In this document: positions 26,354 through 40,479 of the stretch, one piece after another
Layout of the letters: every line of letters starts with the position of its first letter
Position numbering within the stretch: the stretch's first letter is position 1
Source of the DNA: Botryllus schlosseri
Lineage: Eukaryota
Length of the DNA stretch: 60,000 nt
Assembly: GCA_051294905.1 (NCBI GenBank)
Contig: CM119371.1
Coordinates: 17,052,001 to 17,112,000, forward strand
Reading direction: 5' to 3'
The notes under the pieces: model-generated
The model's database searches: none
What the model was told of the DNA's origin: nothing
The model's input: only the letters and a program-made list of their open reading frames with translations
Made by a program: the position numbers and the translations under genes

Positions 26354-27612
26354 CAGTGGTCGGGAACCTATGGCTCGCGAGCCATATATGGCTCTTTTGG
26401 GCATAAGATATGGCTCTTTGCCAAATATTTGTTTTTTTACTGAATTGATCAATATTGCAGCAATTTGTTAGTAAATTTTCGTCGCGACCAGAATAATTAT
26501 TCTCGCGGCATTATAAACATGTCTTTGGGAGGTAAAGGCAATGCCGTCTTCAGGTTTAGGGGCTCGGACCCCCTCTTTTCAAAATCCTCAAATTCAAGTT
26601 ACGGTCGCGCCGGCGACCAATATCACTCGCCAACTCTATGAACCCGACTCGAAATCTAGGATTGCGCGATAAGTTGATTGATCAAAGAGAATAGCAGGCA
26701 TGGCGACGGCAATATGACAGCGTAGTTTTCAAATCCACATTGTATCCCTGATCTACAGCGCGAAATGAACTGCTGTGGGCGTGACATTCACAATTACAAA
26801 CTCGATTTACAAGCAACGTCATATCTATCCACGTTCTTGATTGGCAAGTAGCTCTGTAGTACCGGCGATAAAATGTAGGCGTGTAGTGCAACGTTATATG
26901 TTACCGCCGAATACTTTGAGAATTGAGAAGTCGATCATTATTTAGATTTTCGGAATCAGTGGATCAATATCAGTTATACTAAATTCTAAGATTTTTACCA
27001 TTTACAATATTTACAATTTACGTTATCAATGGTGAGGATTGCCCGTCTGTGTCTTTCCTCTCGTTTCGCGCTTTATTTTCGAACAATAAATATGCAAATT
27101 GTGTGAATTTTGGAGTAAAATGTTCGAAATCTAGTCATTCATGAACATCAATAGACAATACTAATAGTAATTGATGGTTTTACAATTTTCGTTCACTCAT
27201 CCTGACGACAGGTGAGGCACTGCCTCACTTTCCTCCCCTGACCCCAAGTCACTGATGTATCACAGCTTAGAGTCGGTAGGCCTACATAATGGTAGTGACC
27301 ATGGTTGGCTCCACCTACGCATGTGATCATGGGTTCTCGCATTTAAAAGGACCATCACGACGATTCTACTTACCCGCAACTCAAGTTTCGGGTGCTCAAA
27401 TAAGGCAACCAGCATGATTAGTTCTAGTTTTCATGGTAAAACGTGGCGCACACGACGAATCCCACGTAGTGAGTTCAAATTAGTGCTACCATGACGCAAG
27501 GAATTTTCAATTGTGATGTAACTGCTGATTGACATGTATGGCTCTTTTGGAGTTAAAATGGAAAAAATAACGCCAATATGGCTCTTCGGACAAAAAAGGT
27601 TCCCGACCCCTG
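26354..27612. mobile_element. hAT-type MITE
   Basis: CAGTGGTCGGGAACC / GGTTCCCGACCCCTG; exact 8-bp TSD GTGTAGGT (26346-26353, 27613-27620); ATATGGCTCT subterminal motifs. Confidence 0.92.
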
Positions 27613-30600
27613 GTGTAGGTGGTTCTGAGCATGCCGAGTCGGGTTTACAAAAGCGTTATCAACCACAATGATTCGTTGCACTATGTTAGCTGATCAGTAT
27701 ACAGACTGAGTACCTGGTTATCCTCAACAGGGAACGAGCACAGATTTAAATGTTGGGAAATCGGTAGTGTCAATAATCACGCATGCGCAAAATTGCTAAA
27801 TTGAGTGAAGCCCTAACATATATAGAGTAGAGCCTGAAGCATTAGAAATTGTAAAGACAAGTCGATATGACGCAGTACCAAAATCATATGCACAATTGCA
27901 CATTCATGAGATACCGTTCTACAAACACACGTTACGCTTACGAGTGCGTAAACGCGCATTATTAATTCGATTCCAGCCATGCACGAAACTTGCTACAAGC
28001 GAGCACAAAACACTGTGGAGTGTGGATAATAGACATTCCATGAAAAAGAGTTACACATCGCAAGCCAGATCACTCAAACATCATTGTAATAAGCATGAGC
28101 AGAATTTAGCAATACTGAATAACGGGTTGTCTTTGAACCGCGTATTTTAACCAATTTCAGATCACTTATCACTGTTTTAAGCGCCTTGCACATATGTTAC
28201 GGACTATAGCGCTTTTCAAACGTATCGTATCCGCTCACTATTTTAGGCAATATATTGATCGGAACAGAGGTTACTAGCTCGTGGGTAATGAAGACGTATG
28301 TTTTGGTTTGATCGTGCGCCACCAATACTTTGCTTTTATGGAGGGTCTACATCTATTTGGTAGCGAACTTATTGAAATTGTGCAAAGGCTGGATAATTAC
28401 CTCTAGCTGACGCCGTAAATCTGGTGTCGAGCTTGTTGTTCATAAAAGTTTATGCAGCTGATACAGAATCCACTTTGGCTAGATCTAGCGCAATTCCACT
28501 CGCGTCACGCACGATTTAATGCGAATTGATTTTGCGATTCAAATACCGCAGTGCCGTGTAATCTGATCCCCACAGCACAAATGCGAGCCGCAGAAGAAAA
28601 TCAGATGATCCGTAAAAAATACCAACTTGGAATTGGGTACGTCTCTCGAAAGAGCGTCGTTTATGGCACGCCTAGGCGAGTCCAACATTTCGACAATCCC
28701 GATGTGAGGCCAAGAAATCAAAGCATGCAACGAAATGACCAATATTAGGGCGACCATTCTTTGATATACATGAGAAATTCAAAAATTATATCGTTGGTTA
28801 AAAAAATTGTCAAAATTCTGTACGTAATTCAAATTTGCTTTGCAAACAACATTTCGTTTCTTACGTAGAGATTGCAGCGGCTGTGACCCTATTCTCTCGC
28901 TTTTTTAGACCACAGCCTGTAGCCTATTTTGGTGTCTTATGTTTTCCCAAACTTACGCCCATAACGTAATTCTGAATCTGAAATTTGACGGCTTGACGGA
29001 CATTGTTTCTCATAGTACATCGGTGTTTCGCGACATCTCAGCAAAAGTGTTATTAGGTTGCGGTCTTTAAAATACGATGTAGACAACATTGTTGGTATCA
29101 AGCAACGGGTGTGTTATCAGCGCTTCCACAGTATACACTGAACCTCATTGCTTCTAGAACCCAACTGCTACTGTGGAACGTTTAGTCTCTATTGTTGCCA
29201 AGGTATTTCGTAAGGACAGCTAGTTCCAACCCAAAATGCAGAGACCAACCTTATGTGAACAATGCCTAATTAAAATACTTGAATGCAAAATTTTGTCAAA
29301 ATTAAACTCCTAATGTTCATGAATGCAAAAATTGTGCATTTATTTAGTGCAAAATCTTCCGTTTTTTTTTTTAAATCAATAACAATTGTCCCACCCAAAG
29401 ATACATCATCATTAATATTAGACACCAATTTTCGAAGACTTACGCTCATTGATAACAATGATGAATCACACCATAGGGGTCGGGAAAGGACAAATACTAT
29501 ATAGCAATATCTGCAACTACAAATATCAACGACGAAATTCATATATGGATTCGATAAATCGCAGTATTTACTCATGACATGACTTCTCTCGGCGCGCCCA
29601 AGCCGATACGAACAAACACATTAGTCCTTACTTCATCGGGCACGGATCTTTTAACATGGGATATCTGGCGTCCAGTTACTTCACAACCGAACACTGGAAT
29701 ACGGCAGTAGGCTATATTAATAAACAGAATATGGCCATACATAGAGAAAAGTTGGCCACCCCTGGTTTAGGGAGTATAGGGATGCTCTCAATATGCGTCG
29801 AATCAAATTCAAACCTAGGCCGTAAATTAGCTGCAAATCAAAACATGCGTATGCACCATTATTTATTATACCGTTATTACATTTGGATTTCTAAGTACAC
29901 GACACATGATGCCACCTTCCTTAATTATACGATCTAGTTTTAATAGCCACATCGTTACTTGGATAGAAATCGGATTAAAGACCTTGATATACACATATTT
30001 CCCAATTCTGAAATTTAGGCTTGTTGAAGCGACTTGCTTGCAACCGAGAACCTTGATTTCGCCAAAATATTTCAAAGTCTTGATCTAAACCCAGCCATGA
30101 CGCCATTCTGAGCGTCCCGAGAAAAATTGAAAGTAATGCCCATGTATGAATTTATGACGTAACAATTGAAGTTACAATTTAGTCACTGTTTCCACAGTTA
30201 AGTTCAAATCTTGTTCGTTGCCCGTGTTACGACATTCAATCCATACCCTTGTTTCAACCCAAATCAGTTTACTCCTCTTTAGGGAGGTGACTCAAGTCAA
30301 TTTCTTAGTCAAATCAACATAAATTTCCAAAATAGAAGCCATGACTCAAGGTCAATAGATTTTGCAGACAAATTAACCCAATACGATGAACTGCCGACCC
30401 ATTTGCGAGTTAGTTTACCAATTTAAAGCTTGTTCCAATCATAATGCACAATGAAATGCTCAAATTGTATATTTGTTAGATTCAAATACTATAGTGGGAC
30501 GGTTCCAAATCCTATAGCAGGCTCACATAGAAACTCTGGTCGTGGTGAATGGCGATAACACACTATGATAAAGTCCTAAATTACAGAACAATTAGGCCCC

Positions 30601-31538
30601 CCAACACTATTATACTCGCAAGACCGCTTCCCCAATTATGAAGGAAACATAGCACTTACTGTTATCACCATTAATTAAGACATATACAAAATACTTCATC
30701 GCGTGTACGGCTCTAATGCACACACACCTTGTTGATTCCGAAAGCTGAAAGCGTAGATGTAAGAATAGCCTTGAAAGTTCAATCGATAATTTCACAATAG
30801 TGCAGACTGCCTATAGTGCCCATACATCTGATACAGGATTCCTTGCTCGAGTTACGATACTCACTTAGATATTGAAGCGATTCTGATCACTCTATGTTTT
30901 TATTTGATGTAGCTGACCTCAAATCTTTGCTCATATATATACGCAAAACAAAATAATTTTCCAACAGGTAAGTAGTTTTCAACACATAGTAATCTCGGTC
31001 GCGTAGCTATGTAGGGTATATGTAGACCAGACTGATCCATTCCAAGTCCTTATTCTACGTCTAATTGTAATGATAGGACAATACGCATAATACCAATGGT
31101 ATACATTCGTACATAAAGACGAGTACAGGAACATACAGTCATACACACATATGAATGTGAATAAGTCAACCTCAGTTTCTCCAAGCTTTCATCTGAGCAT
31201 AACTACAAAGATAGACGATTAGGTTATTATCTAACTCCAACCTAAGTACATACTGATGAAGAAGTTAACGTACAAATGCTTATATGCCTTCAGAGTAAGG
31301 AATTGCGTCATCGTTAAAAGGGTTTGGTGGATGACAAGATAATCGTTCTGCTATTTTGCGAAGTCAATTACCGTACCCAGCGCCCCAGGAAACTGTCACG
31401 AAAACTCCTACATTCCTACATAAGGGATTAGTATCCGGATGGCCAGTGGTGTTTCCTTTCCAGAAATGCACGTTGCAGTAGTACCGGAAGGTTTCTACTC
31501 TCAAGGCATGCCGCGAGCGCCTGCCTTCCACTTATGAC

Positions 31539-32066
31539 TAGGGCTGGGCAAAATCGAGTACCTGAGTGATTCGATTCTGAATCACGTAAAATGCTTCGAG
31601 TCGAGTCGAGTAATCGAGTATCACTCATTATGACGCCATAGCATAATATTATTTGTCAAAGTTCAAATATGTACCTTTTAAGCGACCACAAAGAATATAA
31701 TGCCTGTTATCCATAATATTAAGGATACTTTGTTATTTTTTCGACCATACCGATTTCATTGCACTTGGTGACAATATTGTGGGATGATCATGACTTCGTA
31801 GATGTGCTATTTCCAGTAACGTTCGTAGCTTTGTACTTCATGTTTCGTATGCTACGATACGGCCAATCAAGGTTTCAAGGCTTCAACAGTGAAATTAGCA
31901 TAAACTCGTTGATCGTTGATAAACTCCTCGTTGATAAATCAACTTTCAGTGGTGAGGAGCGTATAATGTCAGTACTCGAAAAAATCGTCTTTTACTACTC
32001 GACTCGAATCATTAAAATTAATACTCGATTCAGATTCGAGTACTCGAATCATTGTGCCCAGCCCTA
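31539..32066. mobile_element. hAT-type MITE with TACTCGA/TCGAGTA subterminal motifs
   Basis: TAGGGCTGGGCA / TGCCCAGCCCTA; exact 8-bp TSD CTTATGAC (31531-31538, 32067-32074). Confidence 0.92.
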
Positions 32067-33672
32067 CTTATGACCCTCCCAAAACCCGCACACACAAAAA
32101 GAATATTACAACATGGGTTTCCCATATTTGGTGATGGAGCGTTTTCGCCGCGCACGCGATAAGAATGACATAAGGCAGAACATTAGCTGCAAACTCGATT
32201 TTGCAGTACTTTGTCAAGACACGATTGCCGTCACAGATTTATTGCCCGTACTACACAGACTTGGCGCATAGCAGTATAAATATTACTCCGGTCTACTGCA
32301 CGAAACCTGCGAACTATATCAGTTTTTGCCCCGTTGTCTAGAATACGATGGTGGCGTTACAAACTTACCAACAACGACAATCCGAGCAAAATCGCAGTAT
32401 CACGTTCAACGATTACGGTATGACGTATTAAATGAATATGTTTTACACACTCCGTGTGGTGATTTCCATGGAGGAAATCATTATTTAAAATTTTGCATTT
32501 TGATCGAAATATGTTGGGCAGAACAAGTACTGCCTCGACCATGCAGGATCGTTACTCAGGCCGGATGGCTGGCACCATGCCTTGTACGATTTAAACTTTA
32601 ACCGAGGCGATATTGAGTTTCGCCATGCGTCCAAAAAGAACTAGTGGACCATGGGAATTATCCTCACAACCAATTTATAGCAAGCATTCATGTATCAATT
32701 TAGCCCATGACCGCAGAAACGAGTGCGACACTTTTACAAATAGTTTAACCAGGCCGATGAATGAAAATGCCGAGGTAAAGTGGACTCGCGTCACAATGGT
32801 CAATTCAAGTTAAGAGCCTTTATTAATTGGTAAACGGGCGTCCGGAAGTTAAAACCGAATTTAGAGAAATTACAGATTTTACGCGTAGAGGCAATTTACT
32901 GACTGAATACCCAGTATGTGCTTGTGCGCCAATACTTTTGCATTTTAACATTCAATATTACCACACGTGTACGTACAGCCTCATTGCGCGATGTTTGTAT
33001 CACTTTTGTCATTGCGGAGTGCTTTATACCGCACGCAAATGACGATAGTAACTATCGCCTTTAATTCTGATCCATCGTATACGGTCAACCATAGACGGGA
33101 ATGTCAAACCCGATTTAGCGTCGCGGGCCGGACCAAAACCTTGATCGTTTGAGCCGGGCCAGTCTAATCAAGCATGATGTCTACCTATAAAACTAGACAT
33201 ATGGTCATAAGTTCAATTTAAAGTCCATGCACAGTGCACACAGACCGATTACAGAAACACGGGCTCTATTCTAGCAATACGTTCCCGAGAACACATTTTC
33301 GAAGCAATCATACTATCAGGTTGTTGTTTTTTTCATGCTAGTCGTTTTCCGAGTAATGACCTAAGATGTCCAATGTCCATATACGTCACTAGTAATCGCA
33401 ATTATGCCTTTCAATCATTCCGCGCTAATGCGTTTATTCCGTTTACGAGACATCATCCACATTATCATTATTAATACAACAATTATGGCGGCTTAGGTAA
33501 CATTTTGAAACTACTCCCAATTGCTCACCACCGATGAAAGGTTTCTTACGATGTATGTGTTCCCCTTCATTTGTGATACTTTCGAGATGCTCGTCATGTA
33601 GCTGGTTTTCTTTAGCGATAACGGTAAAGCTGAGGTCAATTGACGTATATTTCGTGGTGCAAAATTCGCGTG

Positions 33673-34602
33673 ATTCAGGGTTTGTCGTAGTCAGCTCCTG
33701 CATCGAGTCGTCTCCCCCGCTCTTCGCCACCATTCACTAATATGGTAACAGCTGGAACAGGTGAAAAAGAAGCCCTAGGATGTTAAAACGTGGATTTGCC
33801 GTATCCAGAAATTACGACTGGAGTGGGCGCATGCGAGCAAACTTTCAAACCTAAAAATGTAACATTTTGTGCAGAGGCATTCAGGGTTTGTCGTAGTCAG
33901 CTCCTGCATCGAGTCGTCTCCCCCGCTCTTCGCCACCATTCACTAATATGGTAACAGCATGGAAATTACATTGCTTGAAATGATATTGACTCGGTCGGGG
34001 AGAAAACCGGAGTGGTTGGTATTACTTTTGCCGAAGTTCGCCGTTGCGTCACTAACAATTTCCACGGGTGTAGATTTCCTGAAACGAACTACTTAAACCT
34101 ATTAAAACATGTCGCCATTTTTAATTTACATTGCTATATGTGAAAACCACATTCTCGTGGGGGCTATATCTGACCGTCAGTTCCAGACGTGTCACTTTAG
34201 TTCAGTTCTGTTGTGATTGGCGCCTATTGCATGAATAACCTCCCACATTGTTTAATCGTCGTCTTGGTCTGTCCGATTTTTAAATCTAATTCATGGCGCG
34301 CTATATATATTTCCCGCCGCCAAACCTTACCCAAAACAACGCCAGTAAAATTCAAGATTGGGCTAGACGTAGAACGTTGCGAGGTACTCCCAATGTTTCT
34401 GTAATATTAGGACGGCAAAGATACACGTATTTGTATGATATTTCCCTTTTAACCGAGCGCATAATGTTACCGGCATGCCTCTGCACAAAATGTTACATTT
34501 TTAGGTTTGAAAGTTTGCTCGCAAGCGCCCACTCCAGTCGTAATTTCTGGATACGGCAAATCCACGTTTTAACATCCTAGGGCTTTTTTTTCACCTGTTC
34601 CA
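33673..34602. repeat. 80-bp direct duplication flanking a 128-bp inverted copy of nearby sequence
   Basis: 33673-33752 = 33879-33958; 33753-33880 is the reverse complement of 34475-34602 with few mismatches. Confidence 0.9.
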
Positions 34603-37194
34603 TATGGGTCGTACTACTCAATCCACCCGCTAATTTCCCATTTATGTGCAACATTTTCACGTATATAGTGCAACACTTCAATATTTACACTCAGTGTTCC
34701 CATTATACCCCGTTATTGGTTACGGCCCTTACTTCACTTGTACCAATGTTACTGTAATCAATGAATTTCCTTTTATATAGATTGTTGCTATACATACTAA
34801 GACGAACAGTCATTCCGGGCAATCCGGTTGCAAAAGCATGGACGAATGCGAAGAGATCTCAGGTATCGAAGGATAAAATAATTTATAGGGCCTACTGAAA
34901 TCACTAAATTTGATACTAGCTGTAAATCAATAGAGGTAGGCAAGAAAGTGTTTGTATAGTTGGCTAATTGGAGTCATGACATAATCCTGAATCAAAGATA
35001 AGCACCGCGTTGTTATCTGTAACTGTAGAATTGCGATTGTGTCATCTGGCAAAAATTATAACTTGAAGTAATTAAAAAACATCGACAATATGTTACATGT
35101 AGCAGAGTATAAATGGATGATACGCGATACGCGAACCCATGTAATATATGCGAAGGTGATGTCCGTCATCACTGACGGACAACGTATGGCGTGTGACCAC
35201 CTAGCCAAAATCTAATACACCGGCTTATTCAAAATTACATATCTAATTAAAATTTCGGTTTGGATTTTTTTTAATCGAAACCTTATCTTCCATTTCGCGT
35301 AGTACTATGTCAATCAAAGTTTTTTAAGTGATGGTTACAGCTCGTGCCAGGCCTGCAGTGTGGAATAGCATGTTGACGGCTATCTGACAGTCGTCGGGCA
35401 TGTCCAGATTGTCCACGCGCAATTTCAAATGAAAGCAATTCCTAATAAATGAATCCTAGTCACCCCGCAATCGATCTAGCTTCCCATTACATGTCACCTC
35501 TTTTTGTAGCTTGTCCATTTATATTAGCTTCTTTTACTTCTCATTCTAATGTGCATGCCTCCTATTTACATCGCTAAGGCCCATGGTTGGTGTCTAGCTA
35601 CTTCAAGTCATTATGACACCAGCCTGTCTTTTCATTGTATCCCAGACTTGTAGTATTTGTAATGTTGAAATAGTTACTAAACTGACACTGCTACTGTTGG
35701 TGCTTGTTTACCCGCAATCACAGAAAACCAACAGCGCCTGATCTAGTGCCCGAGGCCATCAAGGTTGCCGTCAAATTGACCCCAGGCGAACAAATATGTC
35801 ACCGATATTTTTATGTTTGGTCGGATTGTTCTTGCCAGCCATGTAATCCCAAATGGTTTTATATACACTATAAATCGGAATAAAGCATTAGCTGATTATT
35901 ATCGTTGAAACCTCGCCGCAATGAGCTAACGATTGAGCATTGGTCAGATTTTGAAAGTATAGTGGGCAGACTGAGTATATTTCTCGTCATTTTAATCGGA
36001 TCGATCCCGACTGTTTATCACTCTTTCTCGCATTGTTTATGTCACGTGGAGTCAACTAGGCATGACGACAAGCTTTCAGATCTATGTGCTGGTCAGAGAA
36101 AGTCAGTTTTAGGTGGATTGAATGCGTAAATAATATTCAGGCTTACTGCAGAAGACGTAGCACATTTCAAACATGCATTGGATCGGATAAAGATTCTGAT
36201 TCAATTTACTTTCTTGTGATAATTAACTGTTCTACTGTTGTATTATTGTATCGTATTGTATTCTTGTATTGTAATACCTGTTGTAATATTAACTTATGAG
36301 GTTACTTTGACCCCACCTCGACATTCGTTTTATGGTGTTACGCCTTAGGGGGATATCTTGAAACGGGTAAACAGTAGGGTTCGAAAGAGGAAGATTCCTC
36401 GTTATAACGTCTTGCATGAGGTTAATAAACATATGTACACCGAAATTGGTAAGACAAAAAGCATAATAACTGATGGTGTCAATTTGATCCCACCTCGCCA
36501 TTCGTGTAACGGTTTCCTACCTTAGGGTTATGGGCGTATCCAAGGAAGTAGTGAATTCAGACTCCACTTTTCAAATCGTCCCATTGATGTCATATATTGG
36601 CTGCTAGTGAATATTTACTTATCAGTTTAATATGGTCGTTCATTACTATATTCGGATAAATGTGATCATTTAGGGGGACGCAAAGCCCTATTAAATCTTC
36701 ACATTCCGCGCCTAATATTCTAGTTGACACGAAACCATCAATAATGCCGATTCCATGGTCAAATTTCGAGATCAAGCTCATTTCATCCATGACCTTTGTA
36801 TATGCATTTCTCATGTTGACGTATATGTTGACTATATCAATATTTCCCTCGATCTTTCTCCGGATTTAAAAGAAACTAGAGAGAAATCTAGATCGAATAA
36901 ATCTATTCCGTAGGGTCGAAAGTGGAGTTTGTAAAATTGCTGATACCAATGTCATGTCTAATCAGCAATAATTATCACTAGCGAATTCGTTTTACCCAAC
37001 ATATCGCAATCAATAAAATCCAATTCAAGGAATGACTGCGCACGCAACTACACAGAGATCACATAAGTTTACGATATTTTAGCTCTGGTACATCAGCTTG
37101 CTCCTCGCTTGGGGATCAATACCCCTATATGTTTCCTCGCATGTGTCTACTAAAATTAAACCATAATGGAGTGAAATGTGTGTCTCATTTAAAG

Positions 37195-38304
37195 GGTCCA
37201 CAGCATTTGCCGAAGCAGGCAATATTCAACAAAATATTGCGAATGCAACGATCAATGTTGTAGGCGGAAATCAGATCAATGAAACCGATGTCAAGACGGA
37301 GCATACACCTATAGATGGAAATTTAGGAATGGAAAATAGCAATAAAAGTATGTTTGACCAGTTTATTCTCTAAGACCGTGTCGATGGCAGTGATATGTGA
37401 AATGCAGCATCCAGTATTATTACAATGCTGTACAGCACTACTTTCGGTGACGTCTAATTTTTCTAGTATGGACACCACCTTCAGTGAACCGTATGTACTA
37501 ATCCTAAAAACTTTTCGAAAGGTACCGTATCATTGGCAGTGGGCGACAATGTGAAACAACAATTCGTCAACGCAAAGCTTAATGTGGTTGGAGGAAATCA
37601 GTATATCACGAATTACACAGTTTACCGAACGACAGGTGTGTGATATAAATAAACGATGATGTTGTGAGTAGGCCTACTCAATATACGGTGCGTTAGAGAA
37701 TAGATAAATTAAGATCCAACTACAAATTCAGTTATACATTTCTCAATGGCAGATCAAATGACACTATCATTAAACGATATTTTCACAGGAAGGATCGATC
37801 AACTGATTATCTAAATGCATCAAGATGCAATCCATCGTGATATATTGGAGCTTAACCAGTCAGCGTCTATCTATTTAGACCCGTCCAACAATGCAGAAGC
37901 TGGTCATTCCACTCGGCGTGTTGAGGACAGCCGGAAAAAAGTATATGGAATCGTTGATTCCCCGGTTATTGACCCGAAATGCAATTCTGTTAAGGTTAAG
38001 TGCAAAGAGAAAATCACAGGTATGAATTTCCAAATCAGTCGCTGTTGTGCAGTGTCATGCTAAGATTATTCCGGAGGATTTATTGTATTTATCGTATTAG
38101 TATTATATATACTTTATTCACAGTAAAACTGGTAAATTCACACATAATCTGGGGAGCACCCTGCCCCCAAAGGAAATGGCGCGATTGGGGTAAATTTTCA
38201 AAATTTCAATAATACAGTCAAAATGTTATTCCTATGCAATACACGTAGAAGTCAGATTACAGAATTGCAGTAGATGAAGAATAGGCAAGGGTTACAGAGT
38301 AGAG
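37195..38304 (+). pseudogene. Spliced gene remnant with tandem NVVGGNQ-motif exons (possibly NLR/immune-receptor related)
   Basis: Exons 37195-37347, 37522-37635, 37789-38019 and 38249 onward, all with AG/GT borders and phase-1 junctions that read through in frame; single stops at 37812 and in the 38249 exon. Family assignment is inference only. Confidence 0.6.
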
Positions 38305-38403
38305 CAGGGGTTCTCAACCCGTGGCCCGCGACATCTTTCATTATCAACGCATTTACTACTGACACAGTATTGTTGCATATTAATTTAGATACTTGGCTCT
38401 CTT

Positions 38404-38682
38404 GGTTGCCCGACATATGAGCATGCGACACAATGGAAAACGACAGTTCAGCATGGAACACATCAGCATGCGTCACTTCAGCATGTGACTGTATAACCCC
38501 AAAACTTACCCTAACCCGAAACATAGCCTAACCTAACCTAACCTAAAGCCTAACCCTAACCCAACCATAAATCCAACCCTAACCTACCCCTAACCCGTAA
38601 TTTAACCCACATGCTCATGTGTCGCATGCCGAAGTCTCGCATGCTGTAATGTCAATGTCGCATGCTCATATGTCCACGGACC
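38404..38682. mobile_element. MULE-like MITE with 9-bp TSD and (CCTAAC)n core
   Basis: GGTTGCCCGACATATGAGCATGCGACA / TGTCGCATGCTCATATGTCCACGGACC; exact TSD GGCTCTCTT (38395-38403, 38683-38691). Confidence 0.88.
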
Positions 38683-40184
38683 GGCTCTCTTATCGTACCG
38701 TCTCTGTGTCGTTGGAATACTCATTATTTGATGTGTTCTGGTTTCTCGATATCTGATCGAGTTAAGATTATTTTTTTAATCGGCCTTCCTCTGAACTCTG
38801 GTTTAAGAGAATTTCGCTGCGTAGTACATTTTTAGAGAGTGTTTTAGTCACTGCGAATGGTTTGAACAGAAACAAGAAAAAGTAACGGGAAATTAAACGG
38901 CAAAAACTGTGTTTGTAACACTGTGCGTGGAACAATGAATTTGCTTTCTCAGATACAGCTGAAAAACCGATTTGTCATATTTGTCGAAGAACAATTGTCG
39001 CGAAGAAGCATAAAATGATACAACGAAAATTTCTTCTGGAGTTATACATATAACCTGATCTTGAAAATCGTTGCTAGCTAGAAGTCAAGCCCGAGAATCT
39101 ATATTTCAAGGCATTGTTAAAATTGCCAACGACGTTACAGGCACATTGGAATAACGCTAAACCCAAGGAATTTGCTTGAGAAGGAGTAATTTCAATCAAA
39201 ATTTAAAATGCTGTGCGAATTTTCGCTGTTTCTTGCACTTAGCAGCAGGGACACCAACACATGACAGATTTCGAAGCTACAGTTGTCTGATGCAGCCGCG
39301 ACCAGAAGAGTAGCAGTAATGTCAGTCAATCTCCTATTGCACGTTGCCGCATAGACCACATTAGCCTAGCATTGGGCCACTCCACAAACTTCACAGATGC
39401 TGCATAGCAAATGATCTGGGTGCATTTTATCAGAGTGGACATATTTGCAGAGGAAATGCAGGCAAGGCAAACGTGGGGAGGGGACCAGCGAAAAGCATCA
39501 ACACTACAAAGCTGACTTCTGTAACTATTGCTGACCTCAAAACACCAGACTTTTTCTCTTATCAGGGAGAGCTCAAAGGGATAATGGCCTCTGTAACGAA
39601 AATGTTACGGTAATGCGCCGCTGGGAGATGCATTATTCTGAAAATAAAACAGCAACTGTTAACTTACGAACGGTGTCCATCATTGCTTTAGAATGCATTT
39701 ATTATTAACATTAATTGTGAAAATGGGACATTGTGGCGCTTATCACCTTATTTGCGCCACGGCAAAAAATTTCGTATTGCATGTCGCAAATCGTTTACCT
39801 AAAAAGAAAATTGCCTAAATCAACACACCAGGACGAACTCAACGAGAGGCGATAGAAGTTCCGGCAGGTTATCTATGGTGAACTCAACTTTCACGTTCAA
39901 GCAGAAATCAATCAAATATATGCTAGGTGCCAATCATATTTTGGGCATTCGAGGAGGAAGTGATCCACATTCTCGGGTACGACTTTAGAATGCATAAAAA
40001 GGTACTAAACGCCCGTCGCCCGTATAGGACTGGTAAATAGGCTACACAGTAGCCTAGGTTTAATAGTAGCCCGCAAATACATAGTAAAAATGTTCTGCGG
40101 CCCGCGGCGTCTTTTGCTGGTAAAATGCGAGTAGTGTTATGGGAATCGTTTATTGCCCGCCAATCCCAGAAGGCCACGTCGCCT

Positions 40185-40410
40185 TAATTGCCACACCTAC
40201 ATTGCCACATCATCCGCCCATTGCCGCACCTACGGGACGCCTATTGCCACATCATCCCCCCATTGCCGCACCTATAGCACACCTATTGCCACATCATCCA
40301 CCCATTGGTACATCACATACCACATTCATCTGTGTCACATCATCAAGCGTCACACCTATAGTGCCACATCATCCATTGCCACATCATCACCGCATTGATT
40401 GCCGCATCTA
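40185..40410 (+). repeat. Subterminal short tandem repeats (ATTGCCACATCATCC / ATTGCCGCACCTA units); mirrored at ~55109-55334
   Basis: Read directly; accounts for the repetitive LPHHPPIAAP ORF text. Confidence 0.85.
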
Positions 40411-40479
40411 TATTGTGCACAGCGCCGCATCAACCAGCGCGATGTCGATTGCTGCACCTATAACACTCATTACCACGCC

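Noticed and set aside
33753..34602. Conventional MITE with 128-bp TIRs
   Set aside because: No TSD, and the outside flank is duplicated inside the left repeat; template switching explains it better.
38507..38610. Chromosome end or fusion relic
   Set aside because: The degenerate repeats lie inside a TSD-bounded MITE.
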